The notes beneath the pieces were generated by a model, which was not told where the DNA came from, ran no database searches, and saw nothing but the letters and a program-made list of their open reading frames with translations. Source: Octopus bimaculoides (Eukaryota). Taken from it: 64,000 bases of DNA. The stretch spans positions 60,023,857 through 60,087,856 of the forward strand of contig NC_068994.1 of the NCBI RefSeq assembly GCF_001194135.2, written 5' to 3'. The translations under genes were made by a program, and so were the position numbers. The first letter of the stretch is position 1. Each line of letters opens with the position of its first letter. Below are positions 1 to 12,245 of the stretch, one piece after another.

Positions 1-565
1 GGGAGAAGAGAAATCTTGTAATTTAGTTGAAGAAAAATGCTTTTGCAGCTAAGGTGTCCAGACACAAAAAAACCTTGCAGAAGAAAATATAAAAAAATTA
101 AAATGGATCACTGACTTGAATAAATTATGCTCATGGAATGATGTAGTAAATGTTGTACACAACAAATTTGTTACTGAAATTTCCATGTAGGGAGTTTTAA
201 CCTAGAGAAATATCAACGAAACTACTAACTCTAAAGGAATTCTTCATACAGTTGAAAGCAGAGACTGCTCTCAAACAAAGTAGAAACCAGAAATTAGAAA
301 GAAAAGAATATCTAAAGTCAAACGATGCAGAAATTATAAATTTGAATGTATTTCTTGGTTAAGTAAACAAAAAATGTTTTCACTGTAATTTTGCAAAACT
401 GGGAAACCAAAGAGGGGTGCAGAAAGGCTCATCTAGTTTACCAAATTCAAAACTTCAACACTTAAGGAAATCATGAAAATCTTTCCAAAATTTCAATATC
501 TGAAATTATTATTGTTGGAATGTGTGTTGTGTAATTTCTAAAGTTTTATGAAATAGAGAGATACC

Positions 566-765
566 CACATCAGTGGCACATAAAAAGCACCTGTGTTGGT
601 GCTACCTAAAAAGCACCCAGTACACTTTGTAAAGTGGTTGGCATTAAGAAAGGCACCCAGCCGTAGAAACCATGCCAAAACAGACAAATGGAACCTGGTG
701 CAGCTCTGATTTGCCAGCTTTCTGTCAAAGTGTCCAACCTTGCCAGCATTGAAAATGGGTGTTAA

Positions 766-818
<53 letters not shown>
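566..818 (+). mobile_element. RTE-LINE 3' UTR tail with (GAT)n
   Basis: AAAAAGCACCCAGTACAC...GTGGTTGGCATTAAGAAAGGCA...CCAGCATTGAAAATGGGTGTTAAAT(GAT)n; same tail follows RTE coding sequence at 36.6-37.0 kb. Confidence 0.75.
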
Positions 819-2296
819 ATTGGTGACAACAAGGTTACATTTGAAAGAATTTCTGTAAAACAAACATTAAAATCTCAAATACAGGATGAGATTTTTGTAA
901 AAATAAAGTTTCAGTGTGAGTTTTAATGTTTATGAAAATAGAGTCTGACTGGCATAAGAAAAGGTTAAATTTAATACAAGAAAATAAAGCACTGTTCAAA
1001 CGCATTCTTCAGCAATGAATGGCCATAAAAGTAATGGTATTATATGTAGAAGAGATTTAATGTCATTGAAATAGGAGAGCAGCCACTTGCTTCAGTTGAA
1101 GTCGTTTGTAAGATCCCTGGAGGATTTCAAACAAAAATGGAACAAGAAAACTAAAATGGCTTCATTGCTGAGTTCATAATTTAAATAACTCTTGAGAAAT
1201 TGGGACATGGGGAGAGAACCATTCCTCTCTTATGGAAACCAGATGAAATTTGAAACAAAAAAAAACAAAAAAATAGTAAGCACATGTTTGGTATTTATTA
1301 CTTTTTGACATTAATGCTTTCAGTTGGGAAATGGTTAAATATCAAACTGCCTTTAGTTGTACCAATATCACAGTAGCAAACAAACTCCACTGCAATAATC
1401 AGTTAATTAAATTTTAAACTAATAGCTTTAGATTTGTAGTCTGTTTTAATGAAAACAGATGGAGGTAGAAACATAAAACAATCAATTATATTTAATAATT
1501 AGTGTTGTAGTTAATGGGATGAAGTAGTCAACCTCACAACAGATGGATGCAGTCGGTGACAATGATCGACTTGTTCAAATATTATTCCTATTATATTTTT
1601 TTTTGTCTTGATTTCTATTACAATAAAAGATTCCAACATGTTTTAATGTTACATTATATATACACAAGTCTGTGTTCCTGTCTACACACACATATACACC
1701 AGCAAATACACAAATCCCATTCACTAAGTTCATTTCACTAATGGCAGCAATGAATCAGAAAGCATCTTTATGTTCTGAGAGGCTGCTGCTGCTGCTGCTG
1801 TTTATTTGTCAGGGGAACTAAAAATGTGACAAGTTGGTGGGAGAAGGGAAGCTTGTTGTTTAGAGAGGAGTAGGAGGAGGAGGAGGAAGAAAAACAAAGG
1901 AAGAGTCATTGAAAAAAACAACAACTCAAGCAGGAATGACTTCAGTTGAAATGGCAGAAGACTACCAGTGCCAATGCACACACGCCACACACACATACAG
2001 AGAGAAAAGATAAGTACTTCTTTCTCTCTTTCTCTACCTTCTAAGAATTTTGTGGACCGAGGACAACACTACCAACATCAAAAGGACAAGATAACACTCT
2101 ACATCAGACACAAACAGAATCTAACAATATTGCCAACAAATTTGATCTTTACCAATTGGAGATAGAAGATGGTACTTAAACCACGTACCTCACGCTTGGA
2201 AGGCAACCATATTCCTGGTTATGCTCAACCGGGTACCTGTTATTCCATCGAGGCTATATCTGACTTACTTTTAGCAGTAAATATTATTTACATTAA

Positions 2297-2518
2297 CCCT
2301 TTCGTTACCATATTTCTGTTGAGATGCTCTGTGTTTCTTTTAATTAATTTTGAATATAACAAAGAATTTAGTAAAATAACTTCGTTATCATTCAGCTAGT
2401 GTTAGGAACATAAATTGTAGCTAAGGCTTGGTGGATGATTTTAATTCAGAACTTTTGAAAACAAGATATTTGTACAACAGAGCCAGGACCGGTTTCAGCT
2501 GGATTGGTAACGAAAGGG
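2297..2518 (+). mobile_element. piggyBac-type MITE, family 1
   Basis: TTAA|CCCTTTCGTTACCA...TGGTAACGAAAGGG|TTAA: TIRs plus TTAA TSD; 222 bp; paralogs at 35672 and 62953. Confidence 0.9.
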
Positions 2519-2829
2519 TTAAAATATTAACAGTCAATTTCTGTCTTGTACCACTTAAGCACTTCAATAATCCTATAAATAAAATGTTGACCTCCAAAAG
2601 ATCAATGAATCTTATTTTATTACTCAATCTCTGAAAGATGCCTTTACAGAAGACAATTGGGGATGAATTGCAAGATCTTACTATTTCCAGCAAATGAAAC
2701 AACCACTTAGAGGAAGGAACCTTTTAAGCTTGTCTTCAATTTAGAAAACACTGGAATGATTTAAGTTATTTAAGAAGTGAAGCTAAGACATACATTTCTA
2801 CTGTTGTGTGTGAGAGAGGGTTTTTAAAA

Positions 2830-3430
2830 CAGGATGTGGACGGTATTCATTTGCAATTTTCAACTGCTAATTTTATGCATCATCTTTTTTTTTTTTTTAC
2901 TGTTGTTGTCAGTCATTTTCTTCTTAAAAACAATAACTATTTTTGCTTTAGTTTTGCAGAAAAATTTACAATGGAAAATTCTGACCCCGCTTCTGCACCA
3001 GGAGGAAAAAACAAGATTTCAGACTTCCTCAACATCAGTAGAAGGATGGTGGAAAAGGTCAGAAAGGAGCTGGAAGATTCAGAATTCAACTACAAAGCGA
3101 CAGCAGAAAGGAAAATCCATGATTGATGATCTGACAGCATCAGAATGCGAGAATTCATCACTGAAATCCAGGAGATGATCAACAATGATCGCAGCAAGTC
3201 AATGTGTGCCATTGCAGAGGGTGATTAAGCTCAGCAGAATGGGAGTGTGTCTGAGAAGATTTGCTAGTTTTTATACAAGATGAGGAAGGAACAATTCATG
3301 CCAAAGATGATGCAAGAAAAGCAACTGAAGCCCACCAGACATGGTGTAGAAGAGCCAGGCATAGTGTGGTTCTTCTCTGATGAGAGAAATTTCAGCCAAG
3401 ACCAGAAGATCAACTCCCAGCAAAACAGGT
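2830..3430 (+). mobile_element. Degenerate Tc1/mariner (maT/DD37D-like) transposase 5' fragment
   Basis: Frameshifted pieces KISDFLNISRRMVEKVRKELE, FITEIQEMINNDRSKSMCAIA and EEPGIVWFFSDERNFSQDQKINSQQNRW (first catalytic Asp motif). Confidence 0.75.
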
Positions 3431-4039
3431 GGTTCACAGTGGGGCAAAACATTTACAACTATACAAGGATCTGATCTTGGAGCACACAGATGGATTTCAA
3501 TACCACAAGCTATTTAATCTGGAACTCCACTATTCTATTATTAATAACAAGTAGCAAATAATGATATCAAGCCCAAGGTCCATTAAAAATCGAGATTTCA
3601 GGAACAAGAAGTTGATGTTTAGGATTTCCTAAATGGATGGGAAACCTTAGATTAATGGGATATGGAAATGCGAAGCAGGGATGTTCATGTCATTCACAAA
3701 TTCAGGAGCAACATCGGGTATATATTGAAGGATGGATTTGAAAACACAATTTATCCAGAATGTAGCATCATAACAGAACAACAAAAATGATAAGGAGGCC
3801 ATCACAGAGATCTTAAACTGGATTATTGCAATAATCAACCATTCCATCTTTTTGGAAGCAATGAAATGAAGAGCCTGCCAAACCCTGCAATCAATGGCAC
3901 CAATCCATTCCTTTCAAGCCTGCTGTCAAACAAAATGCCTTGCAGTGTTTATTGTCATGGCTCATCATGCTCCTTTCATCCCTTTGGGATCAATAAAATA
4001 CAGGGTCAATGTAACAAACCCTTTCCCCTCAAAATTACT

Positions 4040-4700
4040 GGCCTTGTGCCGAAGAAACACTAGGCATTTGTACAGTTATGCTGAACAGCTGCTACTGCTT
4101 GTAGGACAGACCTAAGAGACCCAACTTTTGGTCAACGCCATTGTGAAGATTGCTCAGCTGTCCTCCTTTGGTTGGGAAGGGCAAGCAGCATCCCTCTGTC
4201 CAGTGGCAAAAGAGGTTGTGTGGTGGATGGGAATGAAAACAGACTACCTTCCTCTTTGGCCAAGTCCTCATTTACTTGAAATGGGAGGTGAAGATGGAGA
4301 GGGAGGTGAAGATGGAGAGGGAGGTGAAGCCCCCAGTAAATTTGTGAGAAGATGGGCGACTGTGGCAGACATGGTTAGAATGGCCCTACTCTAAGTATGC
4401 GCATGTAGATTGGAGAGCTGGAAAGGGTTTGTACCTCTGGTAGTCAGGGTAATCCTGAATCTGTGGGGGTTCCTTGATTGGCCCTAGTTGGAGCTTCTCC
4501 CATATCAAGAGGACTGCATCATTCATGCTATCACATAACTTGTGTACTATGTATACGTTTATCATATTTCACTGTCTTTTCTATTTCTTCCCCCCACCCC
4601 ACCCTTTGAAAATCCCCACAAATTGTTACCTTCCTTGTCATGTCCCCCTCATCTATGCCCCTGTGGCTAATAAAAGAAATAATAATAATAATTATTATAA
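4040..4700 (+). mobile_element. L1/Tx1-clade LINE 3' fragment
   Basis: Peptides YAEQLLLLVG, NAIVKIA, VAKEVVWW and SKFVRRWATVADMVRM, then a 3'UTR ending in AATAAA and (AAT)n; includes an 18-bp tandem GGAGGTGAAGATGGAGAG. Confidence 0.55.
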
Positions 4701-5950
4701 ATAGAAGCAGTAAGTAGGTTGCAGAAAACTGAGCAGGTGACCTGGATCTAGATATCATATGACAAAAAATGTGTTGGTTCTAGAATAAGAGTTATTACTC
4801 CAAAGAGAGGAAGTTTGCCTTTATAATCTAGCGCACACACGCACACACAGCAGCCCAACTTCAGCAGGAAAACACCACCATAGCTAGCAAATTGGGAGTA
4901 GGTGGTCTATCAAACTGAAAGAATGTCAAGATTTATATGGGTAAAATGCAGGGAGAATCAAAAAGAAAAAAAGAGAGTAAAATGGTTTTAAGCAGAGTGA
5001 AGGGAGATTCTGTGAAGGGTGGAGCTGGTAAAGCTGCCAAACAATACAAAGTAAAAAACTTTTGTGTCAGTTGAAACATAGCTGAGTAAATGACTGCTGA
5101 ATACATAACTTATGTTGAACAAGAAGCAGCAAGAGAAACTAGCAGCTGAACAGATTCAACTAGTGTTTGGCACTATTTCACTGAAAAGGTACTTACTAGA
5201 TGTACTCTGCCAGCTTAAAGAGTTGCTCTATTTAGCTTTATAACACTAACTGTTGCTTAGTAACTTAGTATGGATTGGTATGTTTTTTGTTTGCTTTTGG
5301 AACAGTAAACCACTTCACCTAACTTTTCCCATCTACTTCCAAAGTTCTATCTTCCAAACCCTCTTCATCTCTGGTATTTCTTAAATAAAATAGAATAAAA
5401 TTGAAAATCATTCACCTCAAAACAGAGTAGAGTCTATAGAGGTAACCTTCAGAAAGTATTTCAAACAAAGTCCACAACAATGTATCACATGAAGTCTTAG
5501 AGAAAACAACATTTTCCCTCTTCTGCTACAGTAGCAATGCCACTGCTAGTGGTAGTGCTGCTGCTACAACTACTACTTTTAACAGGAGTTGCATCATCAT
5601 GCAAATTTTAATATTAGCATACGAACCAAAAGAGTCATTTGTTTAAGCATTAGATACACCATTAATTATAAACTTAGCTGAAATGCATTGACTAATGAGT
5701 GAATTCTCAGTCTGTGATAGCAGGCTGGAAAGATAGGGTGGGAGCCTAAAACTGAGAAAATTGCAATAAAATTATTGGCAAAACAAATTTCTAATACAAC
5801 TTATTCATTACAAGTGAAATGAAATGAAAGGTGTTTGTTCTGATTTTTTTTTTTTTTAAGAGAAGAGTAGCCTGTAGACCGCATTATCAACATAGTTGCT
5901 TCAATCCACTCTTGGAAAAATGCAAAGAGGATGTTCAGAGTTCTACTTAC

Positions 5951-6099
5951 TGTAATATGGTTGTAAATTCCATGTGACCAACCGAAAAAGTCTATCAAAC
6001 GGTAACAGGCAGCCAACTTGCATCTCAATATTTTTTCTTGTCTTGAATAACCCAAAGATTCCATGCCCCTGATGTCAAGAATTGGAATGACTGGAGATG
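5951..6099 (-). CDS. add1: Adducin coding exon 3, start of class II aldolase-like head (ASPVIPILDIRGMESLGYSRQEKILRCKLAACYRLIDFFGWSHGIYNHIT)
   Basis: Acceptor TTTTCATTTCAG at 6100; donor ACA|GTAAGT at 5950; matches adducin EKLLRCKLAAFYRLADLFGWSQLIYNHIT. No following exon found in 1-5950. Confidence 0.96.
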
Positions 6100-6599
6100 C
6101 TGAAATGAAAAGAAAAAAAACAAGAAATGAACAAACTGGAACTCCTTGTATCTGTCTGTCCAATATTTAACAAAACCACCTGGGATTGGGCAGGAAGAAG
6201 GAAATACAGTAGTATACTTTTGAAAAGATCAATAAAATGCATATATGTATTTGTGTACACACACACACATATATGTGCCTGTATAAACACACATTGCACA
6301 TATGTATACACGTAAATGAGCCCCCCCCCCCACACACACACACACACACATGATGATGATGATGATAAAACACCAAGTTGTTTTTTTAGCCACAGGTCAG
6401 CTTATATTGAACAAAGCTAATCATGAAAGTGACTAAATGCAATCCACAGATCTTTTCTTTTTGATATACTAAGCATTACCTAGTTGAAAACCATACTGCA
6501 TATTCTGATATCATCATCATCATCATCATTATTTTAATGCCCATTTCCCCATGCTTTATGAGGCAGATTTTCTGTCTGAATTTCTGTCATAACTACAAC

Positions 6600-6811
6600 A
6601 TGCTGGGTCCTTATTTACATTTGACAGATATTTGCCCTCATCTTATTTGTTGTTAACACAACGTTTCCGGTTGATATACCCTCCAGCCTTCATCAGGTGT
6701 CTTGGAGAAATTTCGAACCTGGGTTCTCATTCCTAAGGTATTTTTTTGATATTATTATTATAATGTAAATAATTCCTCATCTCTTAAATATAGAGAACTA
6801 TGCTGGGTCCT
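6600..6811. mobile_element. Penelope-like pLTR insertion with internal inversion and 12-bp TSD
   Basis: ATGCTGGGTCCT at 6600-6611 and 6800-6811; 6612-6760 is the pLTR on the minus strand, 6761-6799 is its 3' terminus on the plus strand (compare 40140-40277). Confidence 0.8.
6655..6701 (-). ncRNA. Minimal type I hammerhead ribozyme motif (Penelope type), degenerate helix II
   Basis: Minus strand reads GACAC CUGAUGA A GGCUG GAGGGUAUAU CAACC G GAAAC GUU GUGUU: core boxes and helix I (GACAC/GUGUU) intact; helix II has a C-A mismatch and an extra G. Confidence 0.75.
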
Positions 6812-9789
6812 GTTTTTAGGAAATACCTAATCCATTGAAGTCTTAATGCTGTTTTATATGAATATTTTCCTGAACAAATCCTGATTGAAAGAATAATAAA
6901 TTAATCTTGCCCATTTGTCTGCTTCTGTTAAGACATTTGAGGAATTTTGCAGACAGACCATTAGAAAAAGTCTCAGATCACACAAAATAATTACATGTGT
7001 GACAGTATTTTCGTAAAATATTGTCTGACAGTAACATTTCCATATTGATTAACACCAATCACCTCAGTAACAATTCTCTACTGATCAAAACCCACTGAAT
7101 TTTGAAAACTTTGATAATATTAAATTAAGAAATCTATCACACAGTAGTCTCTGCCTAGAAAATGAAACTGCTTCATCAGCACCTCCTGTCAAACCAATGC
7201 TTCAATCAATATTGAATTTTGATCTTTATTTCTTTTTGTTATTTGAAATAAAGTTGGACTATGTTGACAAATAATGCAATTTGGCATGATTTCTAGCAAA
7301 ATCAATCAACTACAAACATATCTTTTGCTGTTTTTACCTACTAAATTTATCTAATTTTTTTATTTACAAACAAAAAATTTGCAGAAAATCAAATTTGCTG
7401 ATACTTCAAGTGGAAAGAGAATTCTGCACAATTTCCCAGATTTCCCTTGTGTGGGGACACATCCAGGATAAATGAATACAGAAAACAATGCCAGGGAAGA
7501 CTATTTTAACAAAGCTTTGGAATTCAGTTTTGTGTAAATAGAGTTTATTGCTCACTCTATCAAAAAGAATGAAAGGCAAAAGAAGAAGTGTCTGTCTCTG
7601 GAATGATGTAAAATGCCAGTCAATGGGGAAAGATGGAAAGTGAAATAAGCCTCACACACCTTATCAGTAGCATTAGCTACAAAAAAGAAAAGCTTTTGGC
7701 AAATTTAAAGAGATTATTTTTAGTTCTAATGTAAAAAAAAAAAAAAAAGAAAAGAAAAAACAACATAAGTTATGCAAATGATGAATTAAAGAATTCTAAA
7801 GAGTAGTGATACAGACTAAGGAGTTAAATTGGGATACATTAGGGTGAAGAGTTAAAAAACAAAACAAAAAAACACCAAGATGTGCCTGTGGTTGCTCCTT
7901 GCAAACAAATTGTTGTCTTAAACATGTGAATTTAGTGAAGCGGAAAAAAGCCAGCGTGACCAAGACTCTGAGAATGGTGGCAGGGAGGAAGGAGTTAACA
8001 TACCAGAGACTTTGGATTCTGCAAAATACCTCCAAGGGATGGATGGTAATGTTAAATAGAGATGTAGATTAAGTCTGCTACTCAATTTATTGCAATCATT
8101 TCCCCTTTCTATTGCTAAGATTTTGTTTACTAATTCTATAAATTAACTAATGTTCATGTCATTCATCCAGTTGAGGTATTTCTCTTAACTCACTTCTACA
8201 AAAACTATGAGCACAAAATATTAACTCTTCTTTTTTTTTCAATATGAAAAAAAAAAAAGAGAAAAACTTCTGTCAATTGATGAAGCAGGCTATGCTAATT
8301 ACTCTCTGCTAATAAGCTCCACTGACACCAAAAACATGTCAGTAGCTGTTCTCTTACTAGCAATCTTAATTTCCAGAAATTATTTCCCTCCCCTTTGAGA
8401 ATTGGGGGTGGTGGGAATACAGCTCTATAATCTTTTCCCTTTCAAAGAAGGGAATTCAATTATTTATTTTTACTAATGCTTATTCAATAGATCATATTTA
8501 AAGAAGAGATTCTCTTTTAGTCTGGACAATTACTAAGAAGGAAGATACTTAGATGAGTTTATAGTGATGGTCACGAGAAATGGATTGGACAAAAAAGGAC
8601 AAAATGATAAGAGAAATAGTTGATATCTAAGTGGCTAATTTTGCCACAAGGACAACAATTTTGAGGGAGGGGATGAGTCGATTACATCGACCCCAATGTA
8701 ATAATAATTGAAATGCTGAGAGAAGAAAATAACTCATTCAAGTTATAACTTATTATATATTTTCAATTTTACTGACTTTCAAGAATAAAAAATTTCCATT
8801 TTTGGAAGTGCTTTCTATTTAAAGTGAAGAGGTTAAATAAGGAAGCTATTCTTTAAAATGATTGGAGTGAAGATGATCTAAATTTAAAATAATCCTCACA
8901 CCCATTTACACTTATATATCTATCTGTACATATGTTTGAAGCAAGTCAATGAGACAAGTGAATTTAATTAAAACTGCAAATATTTTAGTTTCTCCTCCAA
9001 CACGAAGAGACAAAACTGAATAAATTTCCATCACTTTTTAATGATTCAAGATTTTTCCTTTGAGAGTAAAAAAAATGGGAGAAGGGAGAAAGAGAAAAAC
9101 AACCGATTCCAAAAAGAAAGCAATTCTATTTAAAGAACATTTCAGAGAAATGAATATGTGAACAATGTTTCCCTCAGAAAAATTAAGTGCACCAATGGCA
9201 AGAATTCCAAAAGAGTTTATTTTGATTATGAGATAAAGTGTATGTTTTGGAGCTATTTCTTTACTCACACCAATCTAAAGAGGGGGGGGGGTGAAAGAGA
9301 CAAGAGATGAGAAATAAATAGTATGTGTTATTTAGATTATAACTTTCAAGGAAAGGAAAGAATGTGGAGAGAAGAGAAGAGAGAGAGAGAGAAAGAGAGA
9401 GAGAGATAGAGAGAGAGACGCCGACGCCACCTAAAGGATGTTCAGATATCTACACTTCAATTTTTAAATGACAGACATTACTCACTGTACACTTTCACAT
9501 TTAGTATAACAAATAGTATTTTACTGCCAAACAAATATCTACAGTACATGTCCCCAATGCCAGCATCTTAGAAGAGNNNNNNNNNNNNNNNNNNNNNNNN
9601 NNNNNNNNNNNNNNNNNNNNNNNNNNNNNNNNNNNNNNNNNNNNNNNNNNNNNNNNNNNTATTTATTACATAAAAATTCAGTGATTTTTTTTATGGGCAC
9701 CTAATTGTTGGTATCATAAAAGTAAGTGTGTGTGTGTGTGTGTGTGTGTGCGTGTGCGTGTGCGTGTGCGTGTGTGTGTGTGTGTGCAA

Positions 9790-9950
9790 ATCATTTTCAT
9801 CATTGTTTTACATCCACACTCCTTGCTGGCATGGGTTGGGTGGGTTACAGTATCCTGCTCATGAGTTTCATTTTGGGCTTGCTTTCTTTGGCCGGATGCC
9901 CTTCCTGATGCCAACTACTTTATAGAGTGTTCTGTGTGCTTTTTTTTTTC
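9790..9950 (-). mobile_element. RTE 3' tail copy
   Basis: Reverse complement of the GTTGGCATCAGGAAGGGCATCC and CCAACCCATGCCAGC tail motifs. Confidence 0.65.
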
Positions 9951-10859
9951 CCCCCATAGTGTGAACCAACGTGTAGAACATATAACCAGGACTTAGATCT
10001 CCATGTATTCCTTTATATTCCAAAAAAGAAATGTTTTTTTCACTGAACTTTTTTGCTGTTGGTTGCCATAGTTATAACCGGTCACCAATAGGCATAAGAT
10101 AACAAAAAAAGAAGAAAAACAGAGAAAAGACTGGAGAGTGTGTTCTGAAATGATTTGCTTTTTCCATCCTTTGATGTTTTGCAGTGAAGATTATAAGGTC
10201 AGATTGCATAAGCCTGGCCCTATGGACTATCTTCACAGCATCAGAAGTTTTTATTCTTAAATGCCATGCATAAAACTCATCCTTTGAGTCACTTTCATAA
10301 TTTTCTGCTTATTAAAAAAACGAGAGAGAGAGAGAGAGAGAGATTCTGCTGAGAAAGTCTGTGTACACATGAGACCCAGCCACTATAAAAAAGGGGGCAG
10401 CAGAGAAGGCGAAACCCACTTGACATCCTTAAGATGAGGCTGAGATTAGCCTGAAAATGTTGATAAAGATGAGTTTGGGAAATTTATACTCCAGATGAAT
10501 TACAAGGGTCCAATATGCAGATACAAGACAACTTTAAAAAGGATTAAAACTAAACAATCACATTATTCAAAAGCATTGCATTTAGCTAAGTAATCTGAAT
10601 ATGAAAGGGTTAAGGCTTCTCCTCTTCATATGAACAGGGTCTATACTCCAATAGGAGTTCAACATTAGTAGTTTCAGCCTCTTTAAGCTATTATCTATTT
10701 TGACACAGAAATTTCAACACATATTCAACAGGTGAACAACAAACACATTGTGTGGCCAAACTAGACCATTATTATCAACCTTTCTTCATCTTCAAAACTA
10801 AATCCATAAATGAACTTCAGGGAAAACATTTTTTCACTTCCTTTTATGAAACATCTTCC

Positions 10860-10985
10860 CCACCATCATCATTTAACATCCATTTCCCATATTGGCACAG
10901 GTTGAACAGTTTGACAGGAGCTGGCAAGGCCGGCAGCCACACCAGGTTCCATTGTCTGATTTGGCAGGGTTTCTACAGCTGGATA
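10860..10985 (-). mobile_element. RTE 3' tail copy
   Basis: CATCATCATTTAACATCC...TTTGACAGGAGCTGGC...GTTTCTACAGCTGGAT. Confidence 0.65.
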
Positions 10986-11857
10986 ACCTAAGTGGAATTT
11001 TACAAGTTCTATAATTCCCTCGACACATAATATTGTATTTCAAAGTTTCTATTAGTTTCCAACTTTATGACTGCAATTTTAGTGCATCCAAATAAATGAT
11101 GTAGTAATAGGTGGGGGGGGGGTTGTCAGAAACAGACGACCACCTTTAGCAAGGTGAGAACTAGAGAAAGAGATCTGACAAGCAACACCAACTCTACATA
11201 AATAATAATCATATCTCTACATTAATCTCTGCAGAGAAGCATAACACAGCTCATAGATTGATGAATAGCTTAGAGGAGGAGGAGGTCAAGTAATACAAAC
11301 ACAACAAAGTCTGGCAGCAGAAAGAGAGAAAGAACAAAAGAGAAGGAAGGAATGTGAGTGAGGGGGGGGGGNNNNNNNNNNNNNNNNNNNNNNNNNNNNN
11401 NNNNNNNNNNNNNNNNNNNNNNNNNNNNNNNNNNNNNNNGGAGTTGGATGGAATTTACTCATTGATCATAGCACTTATGATTATTAGTGTTTTTGAGTGA
11501 TGGTAACAATGGCAACAATAAAGAGAGACAATAAAACAAATGAGGTGTCTGAAATTGTCTTTCGTCCTAAAGTCTGTATTGATGAAAGTGGAAAGACGGG
11601 GGGGGGGGTAGAAGAGAAAGAAAAAAACTCTTGGTCTTAGATCAGCAAATGATGAGGAGCAAACTGACCTATGCCCTGCAGTCGAACAGGGCTGTGCAAA
11701 AGTAGGGAGAAAAGCTCAGCTCGTAACTTTACTTGCTTGTAGCAGTGACCTTTGGATTTTATTCTGTTTGCTTGGGAGTGAGACATCCACTTCATATTTA
11801 TACACGCAAATATTTTTGCAGTGCATCAGCAATGAATAATAAGTGTCAAAGTTCACA

Positions 11858-11893
<36 letters not shown>

Positions 11894-11914
11894 TGTTTTG
11901 TTAAAAAGAACTTA

Positions 11915-12245
11915 ACCTTTTTAATCTTTGTTTCAATTGCTGTATCTTGGCCAGTACTTCAACCCCTGTACTTATTTTAAGTCTGGTACTTATTCTAACG
12001 GTCTCCTTTTGGTGAACTGCTAAGTTATGAGGAGGTAAACAATTCCAGTGGTCAAAGGAGAGATAACCAAAAGCACACACACATAAAACACATTAGGTTC
12101 TCATCGACCAGATTCTCTTCCAAAGAATTGGGTTAGGGTTAGGGTTACAGTAGACTACACTTGCCCAAGAAGCTATTAAGGTGGACTTCACCTGAAATCA
12201 TGTGGTTGCAGAGTGAATGGCTTAACTACACAGCTATTGCTGCAC
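11915..12245 (-). mobile_element. tRNA-derived SINE with CORE-like domain
   Basis: ACACTTGCCCAAG central motif, TGCTAAGTTATGAGGAGGTAAAC body, degenerate tRNA head near 12200-12240. Confidence 0.55.

Noticed and set aside
1-5950. Next adducin exon (expected to resemble EHFLINPFGL)
   Set aside because: Not found by eye on the minus strand; it probably lies outside the window.
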